Positions 45,226 through 59,700 of a stretch of 64,000 nt of DNA are shown one piece after another. Numbering within the stretch: the stretch's first letter is position 1; each line of letters opens with the position of its first letter. The stretch covers positions 58,692,788-58,756,787 of the forward strand of contig CM120640.1 in NCBI GenBank assembly GCA_051362555.1, read 5' to 3'. The DNA comes from Lingula anatina (lineage: Eukaryota; Animalia; Brachiopoda). The notes beneath the pieces are model-generated. The model ran no database searches, was not told the DNA's origin, and saw only the letters and a list, made by a program, of their open reading frames with translations. Position numbers and translations under genes: made by a program.

Positions 45226-48200
45226 CCTTGCGAATCTTAGCCTGATCAACGGGTTACTAATTGCACTTTAATTCTTGCACGTTCTCTCCATAACGTCAAA
45301 AGGGCTTTTCCGTATCTGAGTCCTTTGTTTGAGGTGATTTTCTTCCCCCGTCAAGATATGAATTTATGTGGTGAACTTCTACTGTGGTAAATGAAATATG
45401 TTTCACCAAATGGCTTTTCAAAACACGGACGAAGCTAATCAAAATGAAGTTGAAAATCGAAATTATTTTCCTCCAAACAATAGGGTTTTTACTTATTTAG
45501 TCCTAATATTGCCTATTTTATTTTTTATAACATGTCGCTCAAATATGGGGGGGGGGGGGGGGGTCTTAAATTTGTGTAATTTGTTTACGTCGCACTTGAT
45601 GACACCATTTTTGTACAGCTTAATTGCCTGGAGAAAATTCTGACAGATTTTTTAAAAATCTTTGATCACAAGGAAATATGTATGGTGACCCTACCCTCCC
45701 AACTCATCCGAACTAAACTCTCAAACTGTTTTCAAAAGTGTTGGATATTCTATTATAATGACAATAGTCGTTATTGTCGACGACGATCTAGAGCTTTCAA
45801 ACATTTATTCACCGACTGCCTTCTTCATACAATTTCACAAATATTTATACTCTATTTCTCCAGACTGATCATGCCTTTACTTGTTTTCTTTTCCATTGTC
45901 TTTGCGTGATTACAAGGGATTTTCCATTCTCATGTTGCAAACCGCCATTCAACATTTCCTTATTAAGCAATTTCTAAGAGACTTGTTTTCAATTTAAAAT
46001 ATTTAAAATATTATTTGAATAATTCATGGACCATATCCATCCTTAGTTTGCATGTGTTTTACACGTGTCAGAAACTTGCAAATCTGTTGAGAAATTAACC
46101 AATCAAACCGAACTATATGTGACTTTGACATGTTCCATCTTTTCCTACCACGAAAACAATTTCTACACTTGTTGACACTTAAAGAAATTTCACTTACATT
46201 CAATAACTCCCTATCCTTAAACTCATTTGATACCTCTTTAATTAATACTTGCAATTAATGAAAGTGTCAGCCATTAGCTTTACAACAATTCTTTGTCTTT
46301 TTCTGGGCTTCATTTTTGTCATTTTCAATATATTATATAGGCATACTGATGCTAAATGGAAGCAAAAATGTCTAAAATAAATAAGCGAAATCGATATATA
46401 TATATAAATGTGCCCCAACCTTTTGGGTAGCAGTGTATGACCGCATTTATATGATATGCTGCCTCATCTGTCCAAAAGTCGTACAGTCATTGAAAAAGAC
46501 TTCGAAATCACGACACAGCATTTTTCAACTATGATTGAAAATATGTATTAAAATGTATCAATATGTATTGAAAATAACTAATCGATAAAATGAATTTAGT
46601 AAAAAAAAATCCATTGAATTTCTGTTTTTAATTATGCGAAAAATCATTTTTAACAAAATTCATGCTTATATCGGTAGAACGCGGCATTGCACAGGTGCAG
46701 CTCAGTGCAACGTAGAACCTCTATAAACAGTATAGGGTGACTTATGGCTACGTGTCAGGCCAGAATGATTTTTGCCTCTCACTGTTGTCGACCAATCACG
46801 TTATAGTGAGTTAAAACAATCCCTGAATTGCCAATGGCTTCGTTGTAGTAGTTGGAGTGATGGTCAAATCATCCAAGTTAAATTAGCCATCGAGCGGAGC
46901 ATCTGAGAGTTATTAAGATATTTAAATAAACTGCGACAAATTTACTTTTCTATAAAATCCCAAAAGAAACTGAACATTTTCCATGCAAGGCAACTGGTTT
47001 AAATTTTAACTCGAGCCTCCTCCCTCAATGTTAATGTATTAATGAACAGCATACTTTATCATTACCAGTACACCACGGAGACAAAGCCAAATATATAATA
47101 TTCACAATAGTATATAACTTCTGACACAAATCGAACGAAGATATTGGAACAAGGTAACGCAGTAAGAACAGAGTTAAATCTGGGTGAACTGTGAGTATTA
47201 TTTTCTACAATATCTAAAACGGTAAATAGCATATACATTATTTCCTTGTTTGATTCTATATTGAGCAAGGGTGTATTTTGAAATCAATGTAATTAAAGGT
47301 GCAGAGTGTAAATAAAACCACTTGACCTTGGTATTCTAGGAACTAATAAAAGTGTATTTGATCAGAAATGTCTTTGAAGTAAACGATCATTATTGAATTC
47401 CTCCTGGTTTTCTAATATTGCAATAGAAAAATATTGCTATCTTAGCTATGCTACGTCAGGTTAAGACACGACGGTATTTTTTCGGTTACAATAGACATTT
47501 TATTTGTATCAGTTAAAGAACACCCCATATTATGATTTTTGGGCTCTAATGCACTGTATATGATTATCTTACAGCAATGACGCTTTTCTAAAATATTATT
47601 ATAGTCGAGGTATTTATCGCTGCAATGACGAAACAATTAGCTCAGACTAAAATATTTAGCATTTGATTAACCTGAATGAATACGATTTTTTGAGATGATA
47701 AATCGCAGAAATCGAACGAGCAGATCCAAACTCCAGGGAATAATACGTTGATTGTGAATGTGTTATGATCTCAACTAGCACACTTTAAAGGAAAGACGTT
47801 TCTCAGCACGAATAATGTTTTCACTAAAGTGTTAATCTCAGGAAGTATGCTCTAGTCACTGGCTGCGATTTTTTGTATTTCAAATGATGTAAAGTTTTAA
47901 CCAGAGACTCTACTTAAGGGTGACATTGAACATAAATCCTGGTAAAATCTATGTTCCCATTGCCTCAATTCTTTTTAACCAAATTGCCCGGCTAACAATA
48001 TACTTCGGATAACACCGCCTTATTAAACAACAAAAATCAACATTAGAAGACGCGCTTGGGCTGTGTGTTTTGAGTGAATGAATGAATAAAGTGAAACGGA
48101 CTTGAAAGGAAGGGTATCGAAAGCAAAACAAAAGTTTCCTTTGAAAGAAGGCTAGCTGCTGGATGGTATCTTACTTCCAAACAACGGTTTGTTGCAAATT

Positions 48201-49552
48201 CGGATTGCATAGGTTTAGCTATTTTACTTCGTGTAGGCCTAGTAGACGATTTCCATGATTAGTTGTGAACCGAACTTAAATAAATTATGTTTATTTCTGT
48301 TGAAGAAGATCAAGGAAGACAAGTCATGAATGCAAAACCGATACCCCACAAACCTTCAATATATTGTAGACTAGACATGAAGCTTGATAAATTTACGAAG
48401 TTCGCCGTAAAAAAATCACGCCGTGAGCACCGTGGTCTTGGTGGAACTAAATTGACCCAAGTATCATCAAAGGTCAATTGGAAAATTGTTTTATCAGCCG
48501 TATTTCAAACGTAACATGGTCCCGATATCAAAGAAGAATGTTCAGCCTTCTGCTCCTAACCTTCGATCTAATTACATTACCAAAGTAAAGACATTGCCTG
48601 GAAACCGAATACTTCGCGGTTGTTTTTATTAATTAAGGCCCTTTTCTGTGCGAGGGTCAAGCCTCGAAATGGACACTCGAATGAAGGTAAACCGTATAAT
48701 TTTATACAATGATTTTCGTAAAACTTTCAAAAAGATGCACGAAAGCGATATTTTTTAGTAATTAGTGATGACTCCCCGTGATCGTGAAGAAGTGTCACGT
48801 GCAGGAGTCAGTTTAATTGAAAGTTGAGCGCAAGGCGTAAAAACAAGGTGTGCGGATATCCCTCTTTACAGCCGCAGACATCTTTATTGGATTTACCCGT
48901 TTCAGCAGTAGAAGCACAGCGGTGAAGGATATTTAAGCGTACAACTCTCATTGATGGGCTGCATATTGTTTAACTCTTTGTTATGCGCTAAATAAACACT
49001 GCTTTAATTGTACTTTATTTTTTGTTTGAAAAAAAATCAGGTTACTTTTATTCAATTCCTCCCTTTTATTTTCTTGTGTTTGAAGGATGAATATATTTCA
49101 ATAAATATCTTGCCATCCTTCGTAAATGAAACGGTTGGTAGATGGATTGTATTATCTATATACATGCAACCCTTTTTACATGCATCCAGACATGGAAATG
49201 ATTCAATCTTAGTCTGTTGAAAATGCAGCGAAAGTCTATATATGCAACACGTGTCATGTAAATTCAGTCAGCTCAATGTATAGTGCCGTACGCCCAGCTG
49301 GGTTTCACGCCCATGACGAATGGACAGACCTGTTGTATATAATATTACAGCTCTTGGATATATGAACTACTTGAGAAAATGAAACGCGTACGCTGTTCGA
49401 GATAGTATTACACTTCGCCGCTCAGTCGGAAATTCATGTCAACATAAACTGAGAACGCTGCGCCACAGTGAGTTTGTCGTGCAGGGAGCTGTAGGCCGAG
49501 GTAGTTGGGTCGAACGGGGTTGCTTAAACTTAATGTGATTTCACTAGTAAGA

Positions 49553-52500
49553 ATGGCAGCAATTTGTCTGTTTTTTCTTCTTCTTCTACCAGTTGTTGCC
49601 ACCCAGTCTTACCTTGATAATAAGCCCAAAATTGACCAGTGCAGTTTTACATTTAATATCCCCGGGCGAGAACTCAAGCCCCAGTGTGAATCCCAGGAAC
49701 TGGAACAAGCTATTCAAACGTTGGAACAGCAGAATGAGAGGTAAGTACCACATTAATTAGCTCTTTTCAGTTATTCCTTCGCCCAAGTGACCATATATTC
49801 GACACTGACGATTTGAGGGTTGTTAAGCACCAACAATTTCATGACGTTTTAAAGGAGAAAAGTTAATAGGGTTGTTTGTGTCGAGTAATTTCAAACCTTT
49901 TGAGACAATGCCTACATTTTGAGATATCATTTGTTAAAAACAGTTAAATGTCCTTTAAGTAGGAATAACAACTGACCACAAATTGCTTCTTGCTTTGGTT
50001 AATGATTCTACGCGAAAGATAAGAAAAGACAAAGAAAAAATGACAATCTAGGTTACATTTTCTAGATTTAAAGAAGACAATGAAAATCTGCGCCTGGAAA
50101 TAAATAGCGTTAAGCGGTCCTATGATCAACTCGCCTCGCTCCTGGCAGAGGTAAAAGAACAGACAGACAGATGGAAGGAGGCCATTAGTATGCCAAACTT
50201 CAAACCCTTGTTCAAACCAGAGGGAATCGATCCGATCAGGGAAATCTTTCCGGATACAATCAAAGGAGGTGAGCTGTTTTAACTCTTTAACTATTTACAA
50301 GTTACAGTCCAGAGTTTGCGGTCAGTTATCAGACTTAATTTAAGGTCAAGCCCTGCATACATCACCGAGGCATATCACTAATGATCAAGTACTTTCTTAT
50401 AACCGTTCCCCACCCCTTGAACTTCCACCAACACGGAACAAAAAATTCACCATCTGTTTCAACGTCATAAAACCCAGTGAATGTTCCCCCAATTTACAGT
50501 TTGGCTGGAAAAAGAACGTTGGATTGAACGTCTGTTAGAAAGAGAAAAATTCAGACGCATTCGATAACATCTGTCAAATAAGTGTTTTTGCTGTATACTT
50601 TTACAATTTTACCACGCACTCAAAAGCCAAAAGTTAGATCAGTCTGAATGGCTGTCTGGTTTGGCGCCTACGTAACCACGTAATGTCTTTTTCTACTTTT
50701 CTGTAAGTATATCAGTAATAGTGCGGATAGGTAATGAACTGACTTTGTTTTGTATGAGAGACTTCACTATGAACCAATGCCAAGGATATTTTTCGTTCTT
50801 GGGTAAGTGTTGAATACAGTCATTAAATAAGACAATCCGCAGACAAGTTTTTGTGTCTTTGCTCATGTATACGCCAGAACAGTCAATATTACATTAGATT
50901 TCATATTATGAAACTGGGATGTCAGAAAGTTGAAAATTTAAAAGGAAAGTAATTTTATTATTTTCTTACCCTGCTTAATTATTTGTATCATATTAAATTA
51001 CTGGTAGCCACATCTCGTAGGAATAGTTTCTGAACGGATTTTATATTATCCGAGGAGAAAATGGGTGAAAACAAAGCATGTAGCTTTCTTTTGAAAAAGC
51101 CCAACAATGGAACAAATCATTCCTGAGCAACACGCACACGGAAACTCGTTAAGTAACTGATTGTTCTTAATGATTTTAAAATAAATTTCTTTTGATGGAG
51201 ATGGTTCCCAACCAGCTTTCATCTCAACATATTAAAAGCATTATTGTTAAATTCCTGAAGCTGTAAACAAGTCCTCTATTTGAGGTGATCAGGACTACAA
51301 GCGCTCTCCGTCGATTTTGGTTTGTACAGCCAACAAAAAGTGTTGTGCCAGACAAATCTAATTTATAAAAGTTTAGCCATTTCTCTAACAGGGGTTATAA
51401 ACTTACTCTGGTGGATTGATTGCTGTCACGTTTCCAGACATTCTGGATAATACACAACACACTTTACTTAATTGAGAACATTTTCATGGTAGTAGGCTCC
51501 CAGGAATTCTTTAAGGAAAATTTGTCATTAGTTAAAATCAGATGGGAAAACATTGCAAAAATTACTTCGCTACCAAACTTCAGTTTTTTTTTTTACTTGA
51601 ACGGACATTTTCCTCAACCTGTGTGCATTTAATGAAGGCTGTTAGTTCTTAAGTGTTAGTGGATCAGCTTTTTTGGCCAATGCTGCATCTGAACGCGCTC
51701 TCAATTAAGGCTGCATTAAGTACCTTTTCGACTAAATCATGGCTTTGAGTGCAACATTTGCACGAGGCATGAAAGCCAGTTTTGTCCCTCGATTAATCAA
51801 CCTGTATGTTGACCGTGCTAGCCGCTATCTCGGGGATCACTAGGAGATTTCAGAGGGAGAACGCCGAGGGGTTGCAAGCACACGCCTATTCCGTTCAAAA
51901 CGCCTTTTTTAAAGCAGTAACTGTCTCTTATGCGGTTTGTTTCATGATTTACACAGTTTGTATCGCACCTGCTAATGTGAATCTGATTCGAGCCCTGTTT
52001 CTATTCGGCCCATGAACAGTTTTCACTGAAACGGCTTCAGACCACTTCTCATTTTTCAAAATATCGCCTTTTAAAAAATCTTTCTAAGCATTGGATATGT
52101 TATGAAGAAAGGGAGGAGTCCTCAATAGTATTCAAGTGATGTCATTTAAAGGAATTTAAATGGGTATCAACACGGTACAAATTTACAATTGTTAGACGGT
52201 AAAAAAGCACGGAAAAATTCAGTAAAATCTTTCAGCAGATCGCGTAGGCCTATGCATGGTAACAGTTCACCTAAATGATATCAGGGTAGAAGGGGGTTAC
52301 GCATATAACGACGTGTTGTTATTTTGTGACAGATTCGTAACAGTTGCCATATCAATGACATTTTAAACTTAAAAACATTCTAAGAAATCAAAACACTCAG
52401 CAATTTCAAGGTTGCACAAAATGCCAGGTCCTCCAAACCTTGCAAACACGACATCTGAGTCCTGTTGCATCTAATGGAGCCACTTTTTTTTAAAAGAACA

Positions 52501-55095
52501 GACTATGCATAGACAGATGTCGAATAAGTGTCTCCTCCCAATCGTAACTTGTTTAAATTTTGAATATTTTTCTTTTTAAACTGTATGATGGGCAAAAATT
52601 GAATTACAATTCAAGTGAAAGACGTTATACATCAGAACTTTAGATCCACCTGACCTTTTAATCATTGTTGAGACGAGATTGCAATATTTACGCCCACATA
52701 CTGTAGTTTATAGACATAATCTGAAGAAAGCATACGAACCACCATCTCTAAATGTACTAGTTGCTTCTATTGTATATTCAGATTCTGTTGATATCCCCAC
52801 CAATTCAACACTTCCTTTGTTATTCTATGCTCAAAACAGCGGAAATAGTGCAGATTTTTTTGTAACCATATATGTTAAAAAGTCATTTTAGATATTCTCA
52901 AATGTGAACCAACTTCCCTTCGTCTTGGCCTCTGCCTACCTTTTCTATTTTGGACACTTCACCTTGATAGCATCTGTCAGAAACAAAACATGACTGTTGT
53001 GAAAGACATATAAATTTCGGTTCTACCATTGAAAAGTGTGCTGAATTAAAAGAAAGCTCGGATAAGATCTTTTAGCTTTTGATGTTGGTAAGACACGACG
53101 AAGTGTCCACATATTAGTGGGTAAATGGCATTTCAACCTAAATTCGGCGCAGTGAATGTATAATTAAAACAAGTCTTGACAGTAGGACAGAGGTGTGAAG
53201 CCAGCTGCCAAATGTTTTTGGTGGTAACATTGCAATTAGGACAGGTAGGGCGGAGTCTGGAAAAACGGAAGCCGTTCGTTACAGTAATGGGAGATGTTCC
53301 AAATGCAACCAAGTTAGATGAATTTTCATTATGGAGGGGAAAATCCCGTTTCTTGCCGGTTTGAGAATTAGTGGTTAACGTAAAAGTGTTATGACAGGTT
53401 TGATCAAATCACGTAAACGATATCTAATTGTAAAATATAGATGTTTGTTTTGTCGATAAAATTACCAGTCTGCCTCAATCAATTCAAACTTCATGTAAGA
53501 TTATGTTGGTCTCCAATCCCCGCCCAAATTAATTTTTGGCAAATTAGCTCTTACAGCCGACATTCGATGCGGGCGGGAATACACGAGACGCAACTGTTGC
53601 CAACAAAGCACAAAAAGCATCCTGTATGATTCAACCTGAAAGTAAACCGTTCACAAACAAATGCTGTATCACCATTTCACTGCCTTTTGGCACGTTCGGT
53701 TTAGTCTTATGGCGCGGTTGTGAGAAAAAATGTTCCTATGCAATGGGGGTTGCCATTAGCAGTTTTACTGAGACATGATGCCTGTGTGAACAGTTTCACA
53801 GAGAAAGAAATGCGTGTCAGCAAGTCTAACTACGATCCGTTCTTTCACCGCTGGATGCCAAATCAGATGGGCAGTTAAAATTCAAAACATGTTTTATTAA
53901 TTTTGATATCCATGCACTTGATGGGATTCAGGGGTTTATACGCGCATACAAAAGTCCAGTCTGACTCTAATTTCTATGGCAAAAGGAAACAATTACACTG
54001 TATTACAAACACACATACAGGAGGCGGCGGTTGGACTTTTGTCTGCCAGAAAAATACCAGAAAATTAAAATTCTTTGAATCACTTTGCAGAAATAATGTA
54101 TCGTATATGAAACCGCACTCAGTTTCGGTCCCGCTGAGTTTTTTTTCATTCTGTTAAAAAATTAAATTCTCCTTCCCAAGAACATTTTTTAAAATTAATG
54201 ACCGTCTGCTTTCACCTTAACGTTACAGACTGCCAATCTGCATTTGACCAGGGAATGAAAAAACCTGGCATATACACATTACAGCCGGAGGATTCCCAAT
54301 ATGGATTCGTAGCTTACTGCGATTCGGGGTGGACTGTACTACAAAGACGATTTGAAGGAAAAGTAGACTTTTACAGGTAATTTGTGCGTTGCATATGGAA
54401 CTTTTTTCATTATATATACGTAGTCTGCATGAAATTTCTTCTGAATGAATTAAACCTCTACCCTACAAAACACAGATCCTCCTCTCCGTGTGAAGCCGAA
54501 ACATCTTTTTCGGAGAACGAATGAACCTGAATGAACCGGACGCCACTACGTAAATTTGCTTCTGTGCCTTGGACGGGCCTAGGAATGATGCCTTTTTCCG
54601 GAATGGTACATGCATTTTAATTTTTATTTCTGTTTCAGAGACTATGGCGACTACCTTGCTGGTTTTGGAAACGTTTCTGGTGAATACTGGATTGGTCTGG
54701 AAGCCATGCACATGTTGACCGCCGCACGGCCAATGAAATTACGTGTGGAAGCTCAGGCGTCGTTCGGAAAGTGGTACTATGCCGAATACGACAATTTTAA
54801 GATAGAAGACGAGGCAAACCACTTCCGTATCTCTGTTGGAACCCTATCCGACACCAACTACAAAGATGGGCTAGAACCGTACGATGGCCTGGAATTCTCC
54901 ACCTTGGACAAGGATTATGATTCGTGGTATTATGGGAGCTGTGCCGGTCTCTATAGAGGGGGATGGTGGTTTGGAAATTGCGGCGGCAATATAAATCTGC
55001 CCCACGGTAAGGGACCTGGAAGAATGGAGTGGGCCGACGTAAATGTGGTTAAATCCCTAATGAAAATCAGACCCTTGGAAAGTACTAGAGGATAG
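49553..55095 (+). CDS. Secreted angiopoietin-like / fibrinogen-related (FReD) protein, 4 coding exons, 331 aa
   Basis: Exons 49553-49740, 50066-50268, 54229-54376, 54639-55095; phases consistent, 996 nt. Signal peptide MAAICLFFLLLLPVVAT, angiopoietin-type CSFTFNIP, coiled coil, then FReD (DC…GWTVLQRRFEGKVDF…GFGNVSGEYWIGLE…FSTLDKD…GGWWFGNC). Confidence 0.9.
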
Positions 55096-56334
55096 ATCTA
55101 AATCTGAACAGAAATAAATTATGAAGTTCAGAATCACTTCGATATTAGAGTGCAAAAGTATGCGGATATGCCAGTGAGTATTTGCTTTGATCTTTCTGAA
55201 ATGGCACAATGGATTTAATGGATTTTGGTTGCTTTTGTTCGTTTCCTAGGCTTTAAAAATGCTTCATAGTGAACACAAAACCGATCAGTGTTTGTGGCGA
55301 TATCATGTTCTGACATACCATGAAAAAATGGTAATGTCATAGTTATGATAAGCATTATGGTGGATAAGTTGGTAGGCCTGTTGCGCGCACATTTTAGAAC
55401 GTTTAAAAAGGGCCCTTTTTACGTCAAGAGATTTTGAAAGGCACATTTTGGAACGTTAAAAAATATCCCTTTTTATGCCAACAGATTGTTTTGTTGGGCA
55501 GCCACTAATGTTTCCCAACGTACATCGTTTGCAATTCTAACATCAAGTCTGACGTTTTGCTGTATTGGTTTCCACTTTACCAGTAAGAAAATACCGCAAA
55601 CGAAAGCGAGAGAAGTGCAATACTAATTCGAGAAAAATTGGAATAGTCCCGTTAATTCCAGTGTAAACAATTCAATTTTTTGTTCAACTTAGATTACCAC
55701 CTCAGTTGCCTAAAACAGAAATTAACGGTGTATCCATGCTGACTGAAGGTGTGGAATTCACCACATAGTCTGTAATTAGGGGAAGGTGTCTACTTCACCG
55801 AGGGCACCATTCTGGTTTTAATAAAATAATTACACAAAATTTCTGGGTTGTTTGTATTATTAGCTGTTCATTCACAAGTTAATGGAACTTGGTAGAGTCC
55901 TCACAAATACAATTACCAATTGAACCCCTCTTTACATAAAATAACTAACAATCTGGATAATATTTAAATATATATATATTAAAAATAAGAAAAAACTGTT
56001 GACATCAAAGATGGCACACATACAAACTTAAAGCAAATTAAAACATAATCGATGATGTTTAGGCAAGTTAAAAGTTGAGAAACTTAAAATATTAACCATT
56101 TTTCCTCTCAACAACCAGTGACTAAAACAGAGAATGATACAGAAATGTCTCCCTTTATCACAAAATGACATACAACATTAAAGTAATAAGCAAAGTGCAT
56201 AAAATCAGTTTAACTGCATTTTTTTAGAAACTGAAATGACCAGGTGGTTTGACAGTTATGGGGTGAACAAATGTGTCAGACACCGACAAAGACACACGGA
56301 TAAAGATTATCAGAATACATTTATATTGACTGTA

Positions 56335-56494
56335 CAGGGCTGTAGCCTCCGGGGGGGCAGGGGGGGCAGTTGCCCCCCCTGGAAATGGAATTTTCCACAC
56401 CGTGGTAGGGGGACACCCCCTCCCCCCTCGGGGGCTTTGCCCCCTCGTATCCGCTTACTGCCCCCCCTGGCATTTTGCTCAGGCTACGGCCCTG
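56335..56494. mobile_element. 160-bp GC-rich hAT-like MITE with 5-bp TSD
   Basis: TIR CAGGGCTGTAGCCT / AGGCTACGGCCCTG (13 of 14 match). Direct repeat CTGTA at 56330-34 and 56495-99. Confidence 0.8.
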
Positions 56495-56718
56495 CTGTAA
56501 ATAATAAAGTTCAAATGAAAAATCTTAAGAAATCTAGATATAAGTGGCATTTCTGAATGTCGGTACTTTGACTAATTTGGTAACAAAAATAAAATGCACC
56601 TCACTTTGAAAACAAAGATGTACCAAATCGTAACATCCCAACGAACATCAAGCTTGCTCAAATCCTTACAAGCTGTAAAACTGATATGACATTCTGATTT
56701 CTATGTGAATGGTTCCAT

Positions 56719-59700
56719 TCATCCTGACTGTAAAGCATCCAGTGTTTGATTTATTATTTCTTTTTCCTGTAAAGTCAGTGTCATACACATCTGTTGATTT
56801 AAAGAAAGTTCAAAATTTGGGCAACACTGCTCATCCTGGAAAAAGAAAAAAAATAATAATACATAAAAATTGAAAGAGTGAGAAAATTAAACATACTGTG
56901 TAATAATGAATTTGTCTGACTCAGTCCTCATTTGCGTAGGTTAAAAAAAATGTTATGGTGACCCACAAATGGAAGCAGACAACCATTTTTTTAAATGCCT
57001 GTAAAACCTCTCATTGGTGGGTAAGCCTTTAGGCAACCCTATTGCTGTTTTCGTACACAAATTAACTTCTTGACTGGATCAAGTTGACACTTAAATTTTA
57101 TGGCAATGTTAAAACAGTTTACCCCACTAAGGACAAGGAGTATATATAAGTAACAACACATGGATCAACATTTACAGTAGAGATATGAATATAGAACAGA
57201 CCAAGAAAATGTGATGAAGACAAAATAAGCATCACATTTAACAGAGAGAACAGAGGTAATAGACCACACACTATGGGGGTTTCTTTACATTACCTTAGTA
57301 GGGTACTGCTGCAAGGCCCAATTTAAAAGACTAATGGCAAAATCCCTAACTATTAGTGTCAGATTTGTGCTTTCTTCAAATAATATCCTTTTCCATTCTT
57401 CCCTAGAGTAAGAACAACTATGCTGTTACACAAGTTCACATAACTTAGGTTATCAGCTTCTTTAACAACATAGTACAAGTTAGACTCACTTTCATGTATG
57501 AATAATCTAAACCACAAACAGCTCCACAGGCAGTTAAATTTTGATCAGTTAAGTTTCTACAATGTCAGCAATTTCATCACACAAACTATAACACTGTTTT
57601 GTTTGAGATGACATGTAGATAAATATATAGATATCTTATCTCTCTGTGATGATATTCTTCAACATGGAGATAATAGATAACCCAAAGGCTCCTCACATAT
57701 CAAATTAGCAACTGAGAAGGGGAAATAGTACAGAGATACCTCACACAATGAAAAGAATGGACATACTGCACAACTAACACAATTCACTCACAAGCATGGA
57801 CTTGGGGAAGAAAGGATCTGTAAAGTTTTAATCAGATTCCATGATAAACCATCTTCTAAACAGGATAAGTCACTGAAATTCAACAGAAACACTTATTATA
57901 TATTTGTACATTTAATCTTACGTACAGTGAAATCTTAAACCTTTCAAATAGATGATGATATAAAACGAACTAAAAGTTTTGATGCAAAACAGTATGCTAG
58001 CTGGTCAGAAAATTAATTTATACCACTAATGGCAACTTCCTCACCTTTGCAACTTATGTTCTCTAATAAAATCCAACTTTTTATCAGAGGAGTTGATGGA
58101 ACTGAACATAGGATTGCTTTTTATTTGATCTGCAAGTAAAAAAAATGTACTGTCTGTGATAACTAGTAAACAAAAAACTCTCACATGCAAAAATAAATTA
58201 CATTAACCAAGGAATCCTTGATTAAAAAAATTGATGATTTCAATATTCTCTACTGATCATTATCCAGAATGAAAAATATACTAATCACTTATACAATTTT
58301 AACCTTAACATTTATTTAAAGAACAGTATAATTGTCTTCCTTCTTCACTTTCAACCCTTCCTAAGGTTTTCCAAGGTTTTGTTTACACTGTGTTCAACAG
58401 ATGGTACCAGAACACAAATCAATATGAAGAAATATGGAGAGTTCAGAAGCTTCAAAACATCTTTCAATATTTTGAACTATTGTTACTTTATATCAAATAC
58501 CATATGCAGCTCTCCTGCCTATCTTATACAAACCTAAGTCAAACTGAACAGCATTGTGACAATTTGATGGTAAGACAAAACCATACTCAACCAGCAGTCT
58601 TGTATTATTATGTGGTCCGTAGTTAATATACACTTGCTGATATTTACTATATGCAGTCCAGGTGATGATTTCATAGCGTTTTGTATCATAATTATACCCT
58701 GCATCTACCTGGAATCAAGGAGAAAGAAGTAGTAACTCATCTGAACACACAAACTTTATAAATGAGATGGAAAAAATACAGACATAATTCATTTGAAATT
58801 CATCAATTAAAATATTGTAGGAAAATCATATGAAATAAACTAGTAACTTTTTTGGGTTTTTTTTACTGCAGCCAGAAAAAGTAGAGCAAACTACCTTTGG
58901 GAAATGTATCTGCTAATTACAAATAACAAGACAAGTATATTGTTAGCTTGAGCACAGAATGTGCTAAATGATGCTAAGTACAAACAATCCTTTATGTTCT
59001 ACATGTACCTTAGCATCCACAGAATGGTTTAACAAATCCAGATATGGTGCTAAAGCATAGTGGTCAATTTCATTAGACAAAAATTGACATCTAGGTTGGA
59101 GCATGTATACTGATCTTGTATTAACTACACACCAAGCCCAGCGGAAATGTTCATAGCTAAATGTTTCTGCCAATTTTTGATGGCTTTTTATAATATTTGA
59201 CATAAATTCTTTTAACTCCAGGTACTGCCTTGTAACTGTCTGAATTTGTTCCATAGCGGCTTGTCTAGCTCTTGTTGGCAACCACTGAAGTTCTTCTTGT
59301 GAATAGTACACTGGTGTGGTAAAGTCAGTGGGTAAAACTTGGATATAAGGATGCCAAAATGAGTCCACTCCTTTCAGCTGTTCATTAATTAAGTAAATGC
59401 ACAGAGCTAGTAGAGGTGAAAGTCTTGGTATGTATCTGGAAAAAAATATGTTTATGGAGAGGTTTTCATTCAAAACCTAGGCTGAGAGGTAAATAGAGGG
59501 TGCCCCCCCCCCCCACCAAAAAAAAAAAAAAAAAAAAAAACCATAAAATTTTTAATAAATCCTATAAAGGTCCATCAAATTTCAAGAAATTTGCTGGACT
59601 TTCACTTCAATATGTGCACGATTATTACCCAAAGTTTCAGTTTTCTTGGTTGCTTTGCATAAAAGTTCTTTTTAAAAATATGCTCAAAATGGCTTCCTAG

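Noticed and set aside
46400-52075. Isolated Tc1-like end (…cagtgTA ~46436) and TTAAAGG…CCTTTAA pairs (~47293-47789, ~49849-49958)
   Set aside because: Matches are too short or lack a partner end to define elements without a repeat library.
54212-54228. U12-like branch CCTTAAC before FReD exon 3
   Set aside because: The matching donor is GTGAGC (U2 type), and no GTATCCTT donor was found upstream.
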